From Candidatus Parcubacteria bacterium (GTDB lineage: Bacteria > Patescibacteriota > Patescibacteriia > Patescibacteriales > UBA12075): a DNA stretch of 64,000 nt. Positions 17,896-28,154 of this stretch are shown here, piece after piece; positions within the stretch are counted from its first letter, which is position 1, and each line of letters begins with the position of its first letter. Both the position numbers and the translations under genes were made by a program. The notes beneath the pieces are model-generated. The model saw only the letters and a program-made list of their open reading frames with translations. It was not told where the DNA came from and searched no databases. The DNA is taken from the NCBI GenBank assembly GCA_002869165.1, contig PKTK01000001.1:382005-446004 (forward strand). Direction: 5' to 3'.

Positions 17896-18153
17896 TTAGT
17901 TTAGATTTAATTTGGCTTGTTCCTCAATAAATTCGTCAGAATTCAGATAACCTATCAAGCCTTCGAGCTCTGTATTTTTTCCTTCAAGTTTTGCAATCTC
18001 TTCTTCTAGTTTGTTTTTTTCGTCATTAACTTCAAATTGTTTTTTGATATTTGAAAACAGTGGTATACCAATAAGAATAATTATTAGCAAACCTAAAAGT
18101 GTAAATGTCATTTGACTAAATAATAACTTGTGTATTCTGAATTTCTTTTTCAT
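17896..18153 (-). CDS. septum-formation initiator (FtsB/DivIC-like)
   Basis: From MKKKFRIHKLL..: short basic N-terminus, one TM, coiled coil (..KNKLEEEIAKLEGKNTELEGLI..). An alternative start at 18111 would avoid overlap with the ATPase gene; the ORF track start at 18219 is unlikely. Confidence 0.6.
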   Translation of the reverse strand: MKKKFRIHKLLFSQMTFTLLGLLIIILIGIPLFSNIKKQFEVNDEKNKLEEEIAKLEGKNTELEGLIGYLNSDEFIEEQAKLNLN

Positions 18154-20848
18154 TCTTTTTACTTTTCTTAATGTTTTGAGTAAAGTGTAGCTTAACAAGT
18201 TCTGTAAGTGCAACTCCAATTAGACCAAACAAAAATGGGATAGACCATTCTTTTAGACTAAGATCAACAGTTGACATTAGTTTTTGCAGAGGAGCCCACT
18301 CAACAGCTAAGTACAATAAAGTGAAGCTCATAGCAACTGACAAAATAAGGAGTGGATTTGAAAATGGATTACAACGCCAGATTGGTGTATGAAAGTGACG
18401 AAAACTAAATATTGCCATTAATGATTTAACGCCTAGAGTTGCAAAAATGATTGTTTGTAAAATTGGTAGCAACTCAGGATCCCCTTTCCAGTTATAATAT
18501 AAGATATAAAAAAATGCAAAAATAAGTACATCACGAAAAATACCAACACCAAAGATCATCCATTTCATTTCATTATTTAGAAGAGCTTCGTTGTTTTTGA
18601 TCGGTTTTTGTTTCATGATGGATTTATCTGATCCTTCGAAAGCTAATGAAAAGTGAGAAAATCCATCATTTATAATATTTATCCAAAGAATTTGAACCGG
18701 CAATATAGCAAGAGGAGTTCGGAATATAATTGAGCCAACTATTAAAATAATCTCAGAAAAACTATCAGAAATCAAATAAGTGATTACTTTTCTGATATTA
18801 CGAAAAATAGTTCGTCCTTGTTTGATCGCAGCAAGGATTGTTTTGAAATTGTCATCAAGTAAAACAAGATCAGAAGTTTCTTTGGCGATATCTGTTCCTG
18901 TCCCGAGTGAGATACCAATATCAGCAGCTTTTAAGGCTGGTGAATCATTTATACCATCTCCGGTCATGGCTACAATTTCTCCATGGTCTTGAAGCGCCCT
19001 TACAACTCGAAGTTTGTGATGAGGACTTACTCGAGCATATAGGTTGATTTTTTTTAACTTCTTTTTTAGTTCTTCATCAGATATGATTTCCAAATCATTA
19101 CCAGTAAGGATGTTCTCATCATTAACATCCATTCCAACTTCTGAAGCAATTGCTTTAGCGGTGAGTTTATGGTCACCAGTAATAAGAATGGGTCTAATAC
19201 CTGCTTCCTTGGCTACTCTGATTGTTTCCTTGGCTTCTTCTCTAAGAGGGTCTTTTATGGCTATAAAACCGATAAAAGTAATCTCATTATTTATTTCATG
19301 CCAATTAATTTCCTTGTTTTCAGTATATATAATATGGTCTTTTTTAATATTCTTAAGCGCAACACCAATCACTCTCAAACCTTGTGAAGTCATTTTTTCA
19401 TATGTTTTGGTAAGTTTGTGCTTGTGCTCATCATTTAGGGTGGTTACTACTCCTTGGTGATAAAAATTAACAGAGCGCTCAAAAAGTTTTTCAGGCGCAC
19501 CTTTTTGATAAAGAATAAAATCATCATCTTTGTTTTGATGAAGGCTAAGCATGTACTTTTTTTCAGAGTCAAATGGTAATTTTGCTACCAGCCTTTCATT
19601 TTTTAGTAGCTCATCTTTTTTTAGTCCAGATTGAATCGCTGCTGACAGAAGAGCAGTTTCAGTGGATGAGCCGATAAATTTCCAGTCACTTAGGGCATTG
19701 TCAGGATTTTCAATATTAGCATCATTACACATCATACCAACTTGCAAGGCAAGGCTAACAATTTTAGCTTCTTTATTGTCCTGTCTAGAACCTGGGTTAC
19801 TTATTTCAAATTCTTTCTCGCCAATAACAATATGATTTACTTTCATTTCACCTTTTGTCAAGGTCCCTGTTTTATCAGTACAGATTACTGTAACTGAGCC
19901 TAGTGTTTCAGCAGCAATTAATTTTCTGGTTAGAGCTTTTTTCTTAAGAATTCTTTGCATTCCTAAAGCAAGAATAAATGTGATAGCAACTGTTAAACCT
20001 TCAGGTATTGAAGCAACCCCAACGGCAACACCAGTTTCTATCATATCAAAAAGTCCCCTTCCTTGTATTAGCCCTGCCAAGACAATCAAAGTACATATAA
20101 CTACAAAAATAGCCCCCAAGGATCTAGAAAAATCTTCCAAACGTTTTTGTAAAGGAGTTTTTTCTTCTTTAGCTTCTCTAACTAAACTAGCTATTTTGCC
20201 AATCTCGGTCTTTTCTCCCGTAGTAGTTACCACTGCGGTTCCCGAACCATGAATAATTAAAGTACCAGCAAAAACCATATTAGACCTATCTCCTAGTGGA
20301 GCCCCTGCGGGTAAAACTTCTATGTTTTTTTTACTCGGTATGGATTCACCAGTTAGGGCAGACTCATTTATCTGAAGTTCGTTTGTTATTATTAATCTTG
20401 CATCACACGGCACTTTGTTACCAGCTTTTAAAGCAATAATATCACCAGGAACTAGATCCTTGGTTAAAATTTCATGTTCTTTTCCTTCTCTGAAAACAAT
20501 AGCTTTGTGATCAGACATTTTTTTTAATTTTTGCAATGCTTGATTTGCCTTGTTTTCTTGAAAAAATCCCAATAGCACGTTAATAATTACAGCGGTAAAA
20601 ATCACTATTGCTTCTTTGCCAGCGCCAATAATCAAAGATAAACCACCAGTGAAAAGCAGGATATAAATTAGGGTATTTTTAAACTGAGAAATAAAAATAG
20701 TAAGCATGCCAATAGGTTTTTGCTCACTAAGTTTGTTTTCTCCGTATTTTTTTATTCTTTTTTTTGCTTCTTCGTAGTCAATTCCCTTTTCACTTGTCTC
20801 TAATTCTTTGAAAATCTCTTTAAGATTTTGTGAATGAAAGTCTGCCAT
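18116..20848 (-). CDS. P-type cation-transporting ATPase (P2, Ca2+-ATPase-like)
   Basis: Motifs TGES, PEGL, CTDKTGTLT, TGDH and TGDGINDSPALKAADIG. 910 aa. Confidence 0.9.
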   Translation of the reverse strand: MADFHSQNLKEIFKELETSEKGIDYEEAKKRIKKYGENKLSEQKPIGMLTIFISQFKNTLIYILLFTGGLSLIIGAGKEAIVIFTAVIINVLLGFFQENKANQALQKLKKMSDHKAIVFREGKEHEILTKDLVPGDIIALKAGNKVPCDARLIITNELQINESALTGESIPSKKNIEVLPAGAPLGDRSNMVFAGTLIIHGSGTAVVTTTGEKTEIGKIASLVREAKEEKTPLQKRLEDFSRSLGAIFVVICTLIVLAGLIQGRGLFDMIETGVAVGVASIPEGLTVAITFILALGMQRILKKKALTRKLIAAETLGSVTVICTDKTGTLTKGEMKVNHIVIGEKEFEISNPGSRQDNKEAKIVSLALQVGMMCNDANIENPDNALSDWKFIGSSTETALLSAAIQSGLKKDELLKNERLVAKLPFDSEKKYMLSLHQNKDDDFILYQKGAPEKLFERSVNFYHQGVVTTLNDEHKHKLTKTYEKMTSQGLRVIGVALKNIKKDHIIYTENKEINWHEINNEITFIGFIAIKDPLREEAKETIRVAKEAGIRPILITGDHKLTAKAIASEVGMDVNDENILTGNDLEIISDEELKKKLKKINLYARVSPHHKLRVVRALQDHGEIVAMTGDGINDSPALKAADIGISLGTGTDIAKETSDLVLLDDNFKTILAAIKQGRTIFRNIRKVITYLISDSFSEIILIVGSIIFRTPLAILPVQILWINIINDGFSHFSLAFEGSDKSIMKQKPIKNNEALLNNEMKWMIFGVGIFRDVLIFAFFYILYYNWKGDPELLPILQTIIFATLGVKSLMAIFSFRHFHTPIWRCNPFSNPLLILSVAMSFTLLYLAVEWAPLQKLMSTVDLSLKEWSIPFLFGLIGVALTELVKLHFTQNIKKSKKNEKEIQNTQVII

Positions 20849-20946
20849 AATATAATTTACCCTTTAATTTAATAAAGAGTTTTTCTGTAATAAAAAAAGT
20901 TATAATTAAATTAATTATAACATTTTTACGTATTTTTTCCAAATTT

Positions 20947-22506
20947 TTATCTACTTTTTGGAGTAACCTTGAAACCAAGGTATTTCCCCATCATCAACCT
21001 ACTTTGAGCCTCTAAACCTGGTACTGAACCAAAAATTATTATACTAAGAGGCAAAAATAACCATTGACCTAGCATAACCAGATATTTTAATACTGAAAGA
21101 TGTTTTGGTTTTTTGGGTAAAAGTAAAGTTGATAAAATGGCAGAAAAAACAAGGCCAGACATAGCAAGAGTCATTAAAGTTCTCGTAATTGCTGGTAGAT
21201 TAGCAGAAAGAGTAGTGGAATTAAAGCTATCTCCACCGAAAAATAGCGGAAACCAGCCAATCACACCTATAATAAGAGCATTTGTTGCCCAAGAATGGAA
21301 TCCGTACAGCTGAACAAGAATTCTACCTACGAACTTCTTCATTGGAATCTGTCCTTTTAGCTTATAGGTATTAAACATTAAATATGGTAAATTTTCTACC
21401 CCCCACCCCCAACGCCTTTGTTGGATATACAGGGCCTTGGCTGTTTCCTTAAACGAGGCATCCATAGTTACATCCATGGAAACAGGATAATACATGGGTT
21501 CAACTGTATAATCTCCTTTGTAATAACAAAAACAGTGCCAAAAAATTCTGGAATCTTCTGAAACCATTGTTTTAGACCAGAATCCAATATCAACCAAAGC
21601 TTGCCAGGTCATGGAATGGGACGAGTAAGTAGCAAGCTTTTCTTGTCTAATCTGTTGCATCATTTGCCAAAAAGTATTTGAGCTAGCAGCAACTCGAGCA
21701 AAGAATGGGGCTTGCCAAACATTATTGTGATATACAGGTATTGGTTGATAACTTGCTCGATATTGATTTTTATTGGTTAAGAATCTATATGCAAGATTAA
21801 AAAAATAATCAGGATAGATAATGGTATCGATATCAAAAACGCTTACCAATATTTTGTCATAGTCAAGCTTCTCTTTGTCTACATAGTCATTTTTAATAAT
21901 TTGTGCAGCCCAAGCCTGGTTAGCACCTTTGCCTTTTAATTCACCTTCAATGCCGTCTGGGTGAATGCTTAAAATAAATTTTTTAAAAAGACCTTTGTAC
22001 TGTTCTTTTATTTTTTTGGCATTTTCAAGTATCTCAAGTCCTCCTCTTTCTTCTATTGTTAAAACCAAAACAATGTTTTTGCTTGGATATTTTCCATTTA
22101 TTATTGACTGGATGCTAGTATTAATAACTTCATAACTTTCGTTGTAGGCTGGGAAAATAACAATTTGAAGTAAGTCTTCCCAATTAAGTTTCTTAATACC
22201 AGATTTAGTTTTAATGTCTATACTACCTAAATTCTGACATTTTTTCTGCCAATCAAACTTTATGTTTTTTTTCATCTTAATGTAAGAAGATGCTAAATGA
22301 ATACCAAGATACAATACCAGAAGTAACCAATAAACATCAAAAGCAATTATAAAAAAAGCAATATAAACAGGAAAAACAAAAGATAAAACGGTTAAAAGAA
22401 ACAAAGTCAACCACGATAAAAAGCCTGGAAATATTTCCAGGATTCTATATAATTTATAGTCTTTGCCACTTAATTCATCTGCGCGTCCAATTTTTAAGTA
22501 ATCCAT
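20947..22506 (-). CDS. membrane-embedded family-2 glycosyltransferase, processive (QxxRW) type
   Basis: Multiple TMs flank a GT2 core containing ..FDIDT.. and QQRRWGWG (the Q(R/Q)xRW motif of cellulose/chitin-synthase-like enzymes). Confidence 0.75.
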   Translation of the reverse strand: MDYLKIGRADELSGKDYKLYRILEIFPGFLSWLTLFLLTVLSFVFPVYIAFFIIAFDVYWLLLVLYLGIHLASSYIKMKKNIKFDWQKKCQNLGSIDIKTKSGIKKLNWEDLLQIVIFPAYNESYEVINTSIQSIINGKYPSKNIVLVLTIEERGGLEILENAKKIKEQYKGLFKKFILSIHPDGIEGELKGKGANQAWAAQIIKNDYVDKEKLDYDKILVSVFDIDTIIYPDYFFNLAYRFLTNKNQYRASYQPIPVYHNNVWQAPFFARVAASSNTFWQMMQQIRQEKLATYSSHSMTWQALVDIGFWSKTMVSEDSRIFWHCFCYYKGDYTVEPMYYPVSMDVTMDASFKETAKALYIQQRRWGWGVENLPYLMFNTYKLKGQIPMKKFVGRILVQLYGFHSWATNALIIGVIGWFPLFFGGDSFNSTTLSANLPAITRTLMTLAMSGLVFSAILSTLLLPKKPKHLSVLKYLVMLGQWLFLPLSIIIFGSVPGLEAQSRLMMGKYLGFKVTPKSR

Positions 22507-23117
22507 TTTTTGGCTAATTTTAATTTATTTATTGGAATGAATAATATCTTAGCAAGATAATAAAGGAAATACAAGCCAATAGTAAAAGCTATTAAATTAT
22601 GTTGATTTTCAGCTAACATTAAATAAGAAAATATTGCATCTACAACATTGGTGAAGTTAAAGATTACATCCCAGGTATTAAGTCTTTCGGTTAAGCCAAT
22701 TAGTAAGCCGAGAGAAATAATTGGAGTTATTATAACTGGAAATAACTTAGCAAAGTTTTTGGAAAGTACTTTTGAGAGGTATACTCTTATTTGATCGATC
22801 ATATAAAAGTAAAACACCCAACCTAACAGTCCAAAAATAAAAAAGAATATTATATGCCAGGCATTATTAGTACAGATATTTGTCTGACTTACCTCACAAA
22901 AACCATTTATATGCCGAATATCAACAATCATATATGGTGCATTGGGTGAAAAAATTAACCAAACAAAAAATGTTATAAATTGCAAAAATGACTTGAATTT
23001 ATAATTTGATTTGTATAGTTTGATTAACAAATAACCTAAAAAAAAGGGTGTTAAACCAAGTAAGATATTTACAAACACAAAATAGACTGGGTAATCCCCT
23101 ACATATATGTCAAACAT
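22494..23117 (-). CDS. DUF1361-like integral membrane protein
   Basis: Polytopic. The ..SPNAPYMIVDIRHI.. motif resembles DUF1361. It overlaps the GT2 start by 13 nt. Confidence 0.55.
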   Translation of the reverse strand: MFDIYVGDYPVYFVFVNILLGLTPFFLGYLLIKLYKSNYKFKSFLQFITFFVWLIFSPNAPYMIVDIRHINGFCEVSQTNICTNNAWHIIFFFIFGLLGWVFYFYMIDQIRVYLSKVLSKNFAKLFPVIITPIISLGLLIGLTERLNTWDVIFNFTNVVDAIFSYLMLAENQHNLIAFTIGLYFLYYLAKILFIPINKLKLAKKWIT

Positions 23118-23120
23118 AAT

Positions 23121-25010
23121 TTATAATTTTATTATTCCACCATCTTTAAGTTCAAATTCTTTTTCGTTAGAAGTATTTTTTTTATTAGATGGTTTAAAAA
23201 CGGGAGGTTTGATATCAACACTTTCATTTTCTTTTGCTTTGGCTTTTTTTTCTGTTTCAGAGTCAATATTTTTACCTTTAAAATTCACTGCTCCTATATT
23301 TAAAGCTTCAGAAAGTGAGAGTTCTGGTTCATTTTTAGGAGCTTTAGCTTGAGCTTCTGGTTTAAAAGCACTGTTTTGCTTAATTTTTTGAGGAGATAAG
23401 CTGTTTTTTTCCTTGATTCTCCTTAACTCTTCTTCTTTGGCAATTCTCCTTTGTTCAGCTTCTTTATTTTTTTCATCTTTAAGTTTGTTTAAACAGTCTT
23501 TGCAATATACGGGTCGGATGCCATCAGGCACAAAAGAGGTTCTGGTGATTGTTCCACACATTGAGCAGTTAGTTTCATTTTTATATACTTCAGTATTTTG
23601 TGTTGGACTTAATTTTTGTTGAGCAATACTTGGTTGATCAGGATTTTGAAAAGTTTTCTGGTTTTGAAAATTTTGGGATTTTTTTGCCCTGGCGTTTTCT
23701 TTTTTTTGTATCATTGCCTGAGCAGTTTCCTCTTCATCGTTGTGCCATTTGGCTATTTTTTCTTCAACACTTGCTTTGTCTTTGGCGTATCTTTCTCTGC
23801 TTACAGTGATTACTTTTTCAACATTCCCGGTTTCCTCATCTTTTGTTAAAGGATGAAGACCTCTGGCTGAAAATGGTTCAGAGGCAATACCGTCAATCAT
23901 TAGTTTTAAATAAAATTCGTATTTTGGTTGATTTACAATGTCTTCTTCTGTGAATGTTGTAGTAAATTCAGGTACTAGTGCCTCGGCATCAGCTGCTCCT
24001 ACTCGAAAAACTACCATTGTGCCAACGTTTCCAAAAACAGCATTGCGGACAACATCACCAAGCTGTTCAATGTACTGGTGAGCCATGATAAAATTCAGTT
24101 TATATTTTCTTGCTTCAGATAAGATATTAGCAAACGAATCAGTGGTAAAATTCTGAAATTCATCAATGTATAAGTAAAAATCTTCTCGTTCACTTTCAGG
24201 AATATCAACTCGACTCATTGCTGCTAATTGAATTTTAGTAATAATCATATTTCCTAGAAGCTGTGAACTATCCTCTCCAATTCTTCCTTTACTTAAATTT
24301 ACAATTAGAATTTTTCTTGAATCCATAATCTCTCGCATATTGATAGTTGATTTTACCTGTCCAACAATATTTCTAATCAAAGCAGTTGAGAGAAATTGTC
24401 CAACTTTATTTTGTATCGGAGATACAGCTTCAGAAGCAAACTTGTCAGCGTAACCAGCAAATTCATTTACCCAAAAGGCCCTAACAACTGGGTCTTCAAC
24501 GTTATCAACAACTTTTTTGCGAAATTTTTTGTCTGAAAGCATTCTGATAACTGAAAGCAAAGTAGAACCTGGATAGTCAAGAGTTGCCAGTAAAGCATTA
24601 CGCAAAATATATTCAAGTCTAGGTCCCCAAGAATCAGCCCACAATTTTTGAAATACACCAATCAGACCTGACGCCACTAAATGTCTAAGGTGCGGTTCTA
24701 CTTGTTCGAGAATATTAAAAGCAATTGGGTATTCATAATCAGCAGGATTGAAATACACAACATCATTAATTCGCTCACTAGGTATAAATTGAATAACCTT
24801 TTCAGCAAGATCTCCATGAGGATCAACAACAGCTACTCCATTCCCTGCTCGTATATCATCAACTATCATATTTTCAAGCACAGTAGACTTACCAACGCCA
24901 GTTTTACCGATTATGTACATATGTCGTCGTCGGTCATCTTGTTTGATGCCAAATTTTCTAAGACTATTTCTATAAGTTGTTTCTGCAAAAACAGTTATTT
25001 CTTTGTTCAT
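23121..25010 (-). CDS. VirD4/TraD/HerA-like P-loop ATPase with Lys/Glu-rich linker and C-terminal zinc ribbon
   Basis: Walker A IIGKTGVGKST, ..VVDPHGDL.., Walker B LYIDEFQNF. C-terminal CSMC-x17-CKDC. No N-terminal TM. Confidence 0.7.
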   Translation of the reverse strand: MNKEITVFAETTYRNSLRKFGIKQDDRRRHMYIIGKTGVGKSTVLENMIVDDIRAGNGVAVVDPHGDLAEKVIQFIPSERINDVVYFNPADYEYPIAFNILEQVEPHLRHLVASGLIGVFQKLWADSWGPRLEYILRNALLATLDYPGSTLLSVIRMLSDKKFRKKVVDNVEDPVVRAFWVNEFAGYADKFASEAVSPIQNKVGQFLSTALIRNIVGQVKSTINMREIMDSRKILIVNLSKGRIGEDSSQLLGNMIITKIQLAAMSRVDIPESEREDFYLYIDEFQNFTTDSFANILSEARKYKLNFIMAHQYIEQLGDVVRNAVFGNVGTMVVFRVGAADAEALVPEFTTTFTEEDIVNQPKYEFYLKLMIDGIASEPFSARGLHPLTKDEETGNVEKVITVSRERYAKDKASVEEKIAKWHNDEEETAQAMIQKKENARAKKSQNFQNQKTFQNPDQPSIAQQKLSPTQNTEVYKNETNCSMCGTITRTSFVPDGIRPVYCKDCLNKLKDEKNKEAEQRRIAKEEELRRIKEKNSLSPQKIKQNSAFKPEAQAKAPKNEPELSLSEALNIGAVNFKGKNIDSETEKKAKAKENESVDIKPPVFKPSNKKNTSNEKEFELKDGGIIKL

Positions 25011-25012
25011 AT

Positions 25013-26485
25013 TTATATAAATGGTAAATTACTTGGTGCTTCGTTTGTATTTTTGTCTGTGTCTTCTTTCTTTTTTTGTAGAGCATTACCAGTACCATGA
25101 CTAACAACTTCATTTTGAAATATATTCGACGAAGCTTCTTCTGGTATATTTCTAGGAGTTGATGGTGTATCCATATCAAAAGGGAGTGACATAGGTGGTT
25201 CTGAGCGTTTTCCCGATACTTTTTGAATTAGCGGAGCTCTAACAGTAGCTTCAAATGGAAAATGCCATAAGGTAGCTAACTCTTCGGTAGAAAATATTTT
25301 TGGTGTTCTACCAACAAAACTATCTCTGGCTTTATAGGCTCTCATTAATTTATTTTTTCTTTCATTTAGTCTGTAATCTTTGAAGAAATATGCAGTTGAG
25401 GTAGCTGTTTTGTCCATATCGGGTTTAAAACTATTTAGATCTGAATCAACAAATTGTTTCATATATCCCACAAAACCATTAACAGCTTTTGCCTTGTTGA
25501 TAATATCTTTTTTTGCAACGTAAATCATTCTAATTTTTGATTTAAAACCATTTTTGCTCATCTTTTCCTGAATTGCTTCGACTTGTTTTTTTTCTCTATG
25601 TTTTAGTTGGATCATAGTAAGTGGATCCCCTGCTTCTTCGCTAGAAGCAGCACCAAAACCAAGGGCTTCGGTAAGTGCGCCAAAAATTTCAGTAATTGCA
25701 GTTATAAATATACTTAGCACAAATTCAAGCGGATTCTCTTTGGGCGCAGATGTTTTTTCTTTCATTATTTTTTTCACCTCATCTTCCCCAATTATATTCC
25801 AAGTATAATCAGTCGGAGTTAATAGTATCTGCATCCACATTTGTTCTCCAGGTCTCATACTACTATATAGATCAAGTAAAGAGGCTAAAGGATCTTTAAA
25901 AACCATTTCTGCTCGACTGGTTTGATCATAAAACTGAGGGTAGGTTTTGAAGGGATATGCATCTGATTTTACAGGCATGAATTCTGTGCCCCAGATATCA
26001 TAGTCAGAATCAGGAAATTTACTATGTATATTTTCTGTGTAATCATTTATTTCAGTAATTTCTGCATCAGGATATGTGGAATAAACAGCCGACTCTACCA
26101 GATTCCTAAAAGAAGCGGGGGTGCGAATTAGAAACTGGGTATAACCATCAATACTAACTATTTCAAAGCTAAAACCAAGTTGAATAGCACCTATCCAATA
26201 AGTGTCTATCAAATTGTGTGAACCATGAGCACCAGCAAAGTAAGTAAACATATTCTCAACTGATCGAAGTGAAACTTCATTTCCCCGAGGAATATCAATG
26301 GCCAAGAATATAAACTTTTGCTCAGAGAGCCATTGGCCATTGATGTAATCTTTCCAAAATTCCTTCATACCCCAAAGAAAAACAATAGCCAAAGGAATCC
26401 AGCCTCCATAATACAATACGGCAAACAATATTTGTTCTGGTGACATGTTTGCTAAGCTAGTAATAAAAGAAAAGTCCAATAGCAT
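25013..26485 (-). CDS. membrane protein (2 N-terminal TMs + large soluble domain), partner of the ATPase
   Basis: 490 aa with a 2-nt gap to the ATPase gene. I could assign no catalytic motif. Confidence 0.6.
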   Translation of the reverse strand: MLLDFSFITSLANMSPEQILFAVLYYGGWIPLAIVFLWGMKEFWKDYINGQWLSEQKFIFLAIDIPRGNEVSLRSVENMFTYFAGAHGSHNLIDTYWIGAIQLGFSFEIVSIDGYTQFLIRTPASFRNLVESAVYSTYPDAEITEINDYTENIHSKFPDSDYDIWGTEFMPVKSDAYPFKTYPQFYDQTSRAEMVFKDPLASLLDLYSSMRPGEQMWMQILLTPTDYTWNIIGEDEVKKIMKEKTSAPKENPLEFVLSIFITAITEIFGALTEALGFGAASSEEAGDPLTMIQLKHREKKQVEAIQEKMSKNGFKSKIRMIYVAKKDIINKAKAVNGFVGYMKQFVDSDLNSFKPDMDKTATSTAYFFKDYRLNERKNKLMRAYKARDSFVGRTPKIFSTEELATLWHFPFEATVRAPLIQKVSGKRSEPPMSLPFDMDTPSTPRNIPEEASSNIFQNEVVSHGTGNALQKKKEDTDKNTNEAPSNLPFI

Positions 26486-26670
26486 CGACTTGATTATAAG
26501 ATTTGGTTTATTAATTTAGTTATTATTTATTATAACACATTTTATTGCTTTGTTACAATTATTTTCACACAGCATATAGAAAAATAAATTTTGTTAATTT
26601 GAGGAGATGTTTTAGAATTCCGTCTTTTTATCTATTTACAGAATTTTTCGCTTCCGCTCAGAATTTTACA

Positions 26671-26702
26671 AAAAAACAACCCACAAAAGTGGGTTGTTTT
26701 TT
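26671..26702. terminator. bidirectional terminator
   Basis: A-run, CAACCCAC-AAAA-GTGGGTTG, T-run. Confidence 0.7.
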
Positions 26703-26723
26703 ATATTTAAATTAAATCGAAGA

Positions 26724-27962
26724 TTAACTGTTTAGGATGTATCTGCCGTTAACTTTTGAGAATTTGTCTTTATTCATTAAGGCAAGGATGATAGTTGCTT
26801 TTTTAACAACCCTTGATTCAAGTACTTTATCAATAATTTCTTCTCTTTTTAGAGGTTGTTCAGAGTTGTTCAAGATTTCAACAATTACATCTACAACTGT
26901 TCCTTTGGTGTAGCCCCATTCTTTTAGAGCGTATAGACCTCTGCCAACCAAAACATATTTTTTATCAAGAATTAGTTCGTTATGAACTGTGGCTGGATTT
27001 GCTTTTCTGTGGTCAAAACAAACATTATTAATCTTTTCTGCTATTTCTGCAAAATGCATTGGTTTAGCATTGTTCTTGAGCACCAAATATATTTTGTCAT
27101 TTATTGTTCTTGGTTTAATTTCTCTAGAGTTGTGAGTTCCCCAGTGACCAAATTTATTTTGATTGATTTTCTTGTGAGATTTAACCAAAGCATAAAGTGG
27201 TTTATGTTCGTTGATTATATCGGTATCTTCATTAAAATGTGGATCTTCTAGAAATCTTGCAATATCTAAATTTGACTGAATAGCTAATTTTTCTTCATGC
27301 TTTCTAAAAGATTCAAGCTCTTTAATAAGTTCAATAACCTTATTTGTAGCTTGAGTGTCTTTAAAATCTTTTACTTTTTCATAAAGTTCAATAGCTATTT
27401 CTTCCAAGTGTTCAATGTTTTTAAACTTAACCTTGTATGAATCTAGAAAATGTTTATGATTTATAATTTCTTCAAATTCATCATGAAGAAGTTTGGTAAT
27501 CATAAAATTTAGATAATTCTTGTGGATGTTAGAGTCATGATTTTTGTCCTGAGTCCCATCCATGGAAAAGCCAACTAGCAAATCTAGTAAATATTCTTTT
27601 TCCATCAATCCCCCATGTTCATCAAGTAGTTGATAAATTACATTTTTCAAAGCTGAGATATATTCCTTCAAATTTTGTAACTCTTGTAGCTTTTTGATGC
27701 TAGTAGTTTCGATTTGTCGAATTCTTTCTCTGGTCAGTTGATGAGCTGAGCCAATGCTTTCTAGTGTTTCCTTCTTGTCTGAATGCAAACCATGACGTCT
27801 GATTAGGACATCTCGTTCACGTTCTGATAACTCAGTAAAAAGGTTATTAATGATTTCAACAGCATCAAGACTGCCGACTTCATCAGCTTTCTTTGAGTTA
27901 ATAATTTGGTCGAGTATTGAGATATTGTCTGACATATAAATAATGTCGCAAGCCATGGGCAC
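26724..27962 (-). CDS. sigma-70 region-4 domain protein with C-terminal HARE-HTH/winged-helix domains
   Basis: N-terminal ..ERERDVLIRRHGLHSDKKETLESIGSAHQLTRERIRQIETTSIKKL.. is a sigma region 4. C-terminal ..KPMHFAEIAEKIN...ATVHNELILDKKYVLVGRGLYALKEW.. is HARE-HTH-like, followed by a second wHTH-like repeat. No region 2 is seen. An alternative start is at 27935. Confidence 0.7.
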   Translation of the reverse strand: MPMACDIIYMSDNISILDQIINSKKADEVGSLDAVEIINNLFTELSERERDVLIRRHGLHSDKKETLESIGSAHQLTRERIRQIETTSIKKLQELQNLKEYISALKNVIYQLLDEHGGLMEKEYLLDLLVGFSMDGTQDKNHDSNIHKNYLNFMITKLLHDEFEEIINHKHFLDSYKVKFKNIEHLEEIAIELYEKVKDFKDTQATNKVIELIKELESFRKHEEKLAIQSNLDIARFLEDPHFNEDTDIINEHKPLYALVKSHKKINQNKFGHWGTHNSREIKPRTINDKIYLVLKNNAKPMHFAEIAEKINNVCFDHRKANPATVHNELILDKKYVLVGRGLYALKEWGYTKGTVVDVIVEILNNSEQPLKREEIIDKVLESRVVKKATIILALMNKDKFSKVNGRYILNS

Positions 27963-28111
27963 TTGACCTTTTAAAAAAATTATTAGTTAATATTGATATT
28001 AATATATCATAAATGTATAAATAAGTCAAGTATATAGCAATTATTGTAAATGTAAATTTAACGAAAATATTATATGTTTATTAACTATATACTTAAATAG
28101 CTAATAATAAA

Positions 28112-28142
28112 CAAAAAAACAGCTATTTTTAGCTGTTTTTTT
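28112..28142 (-). terminator. terminator after murB
   Basis: AACAGCTA-TTTT-TAGCTGTT, flanked by A/T runs. Confidence 0.65.
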
Positions 28143-28154
28143 TATATCTTTGAC

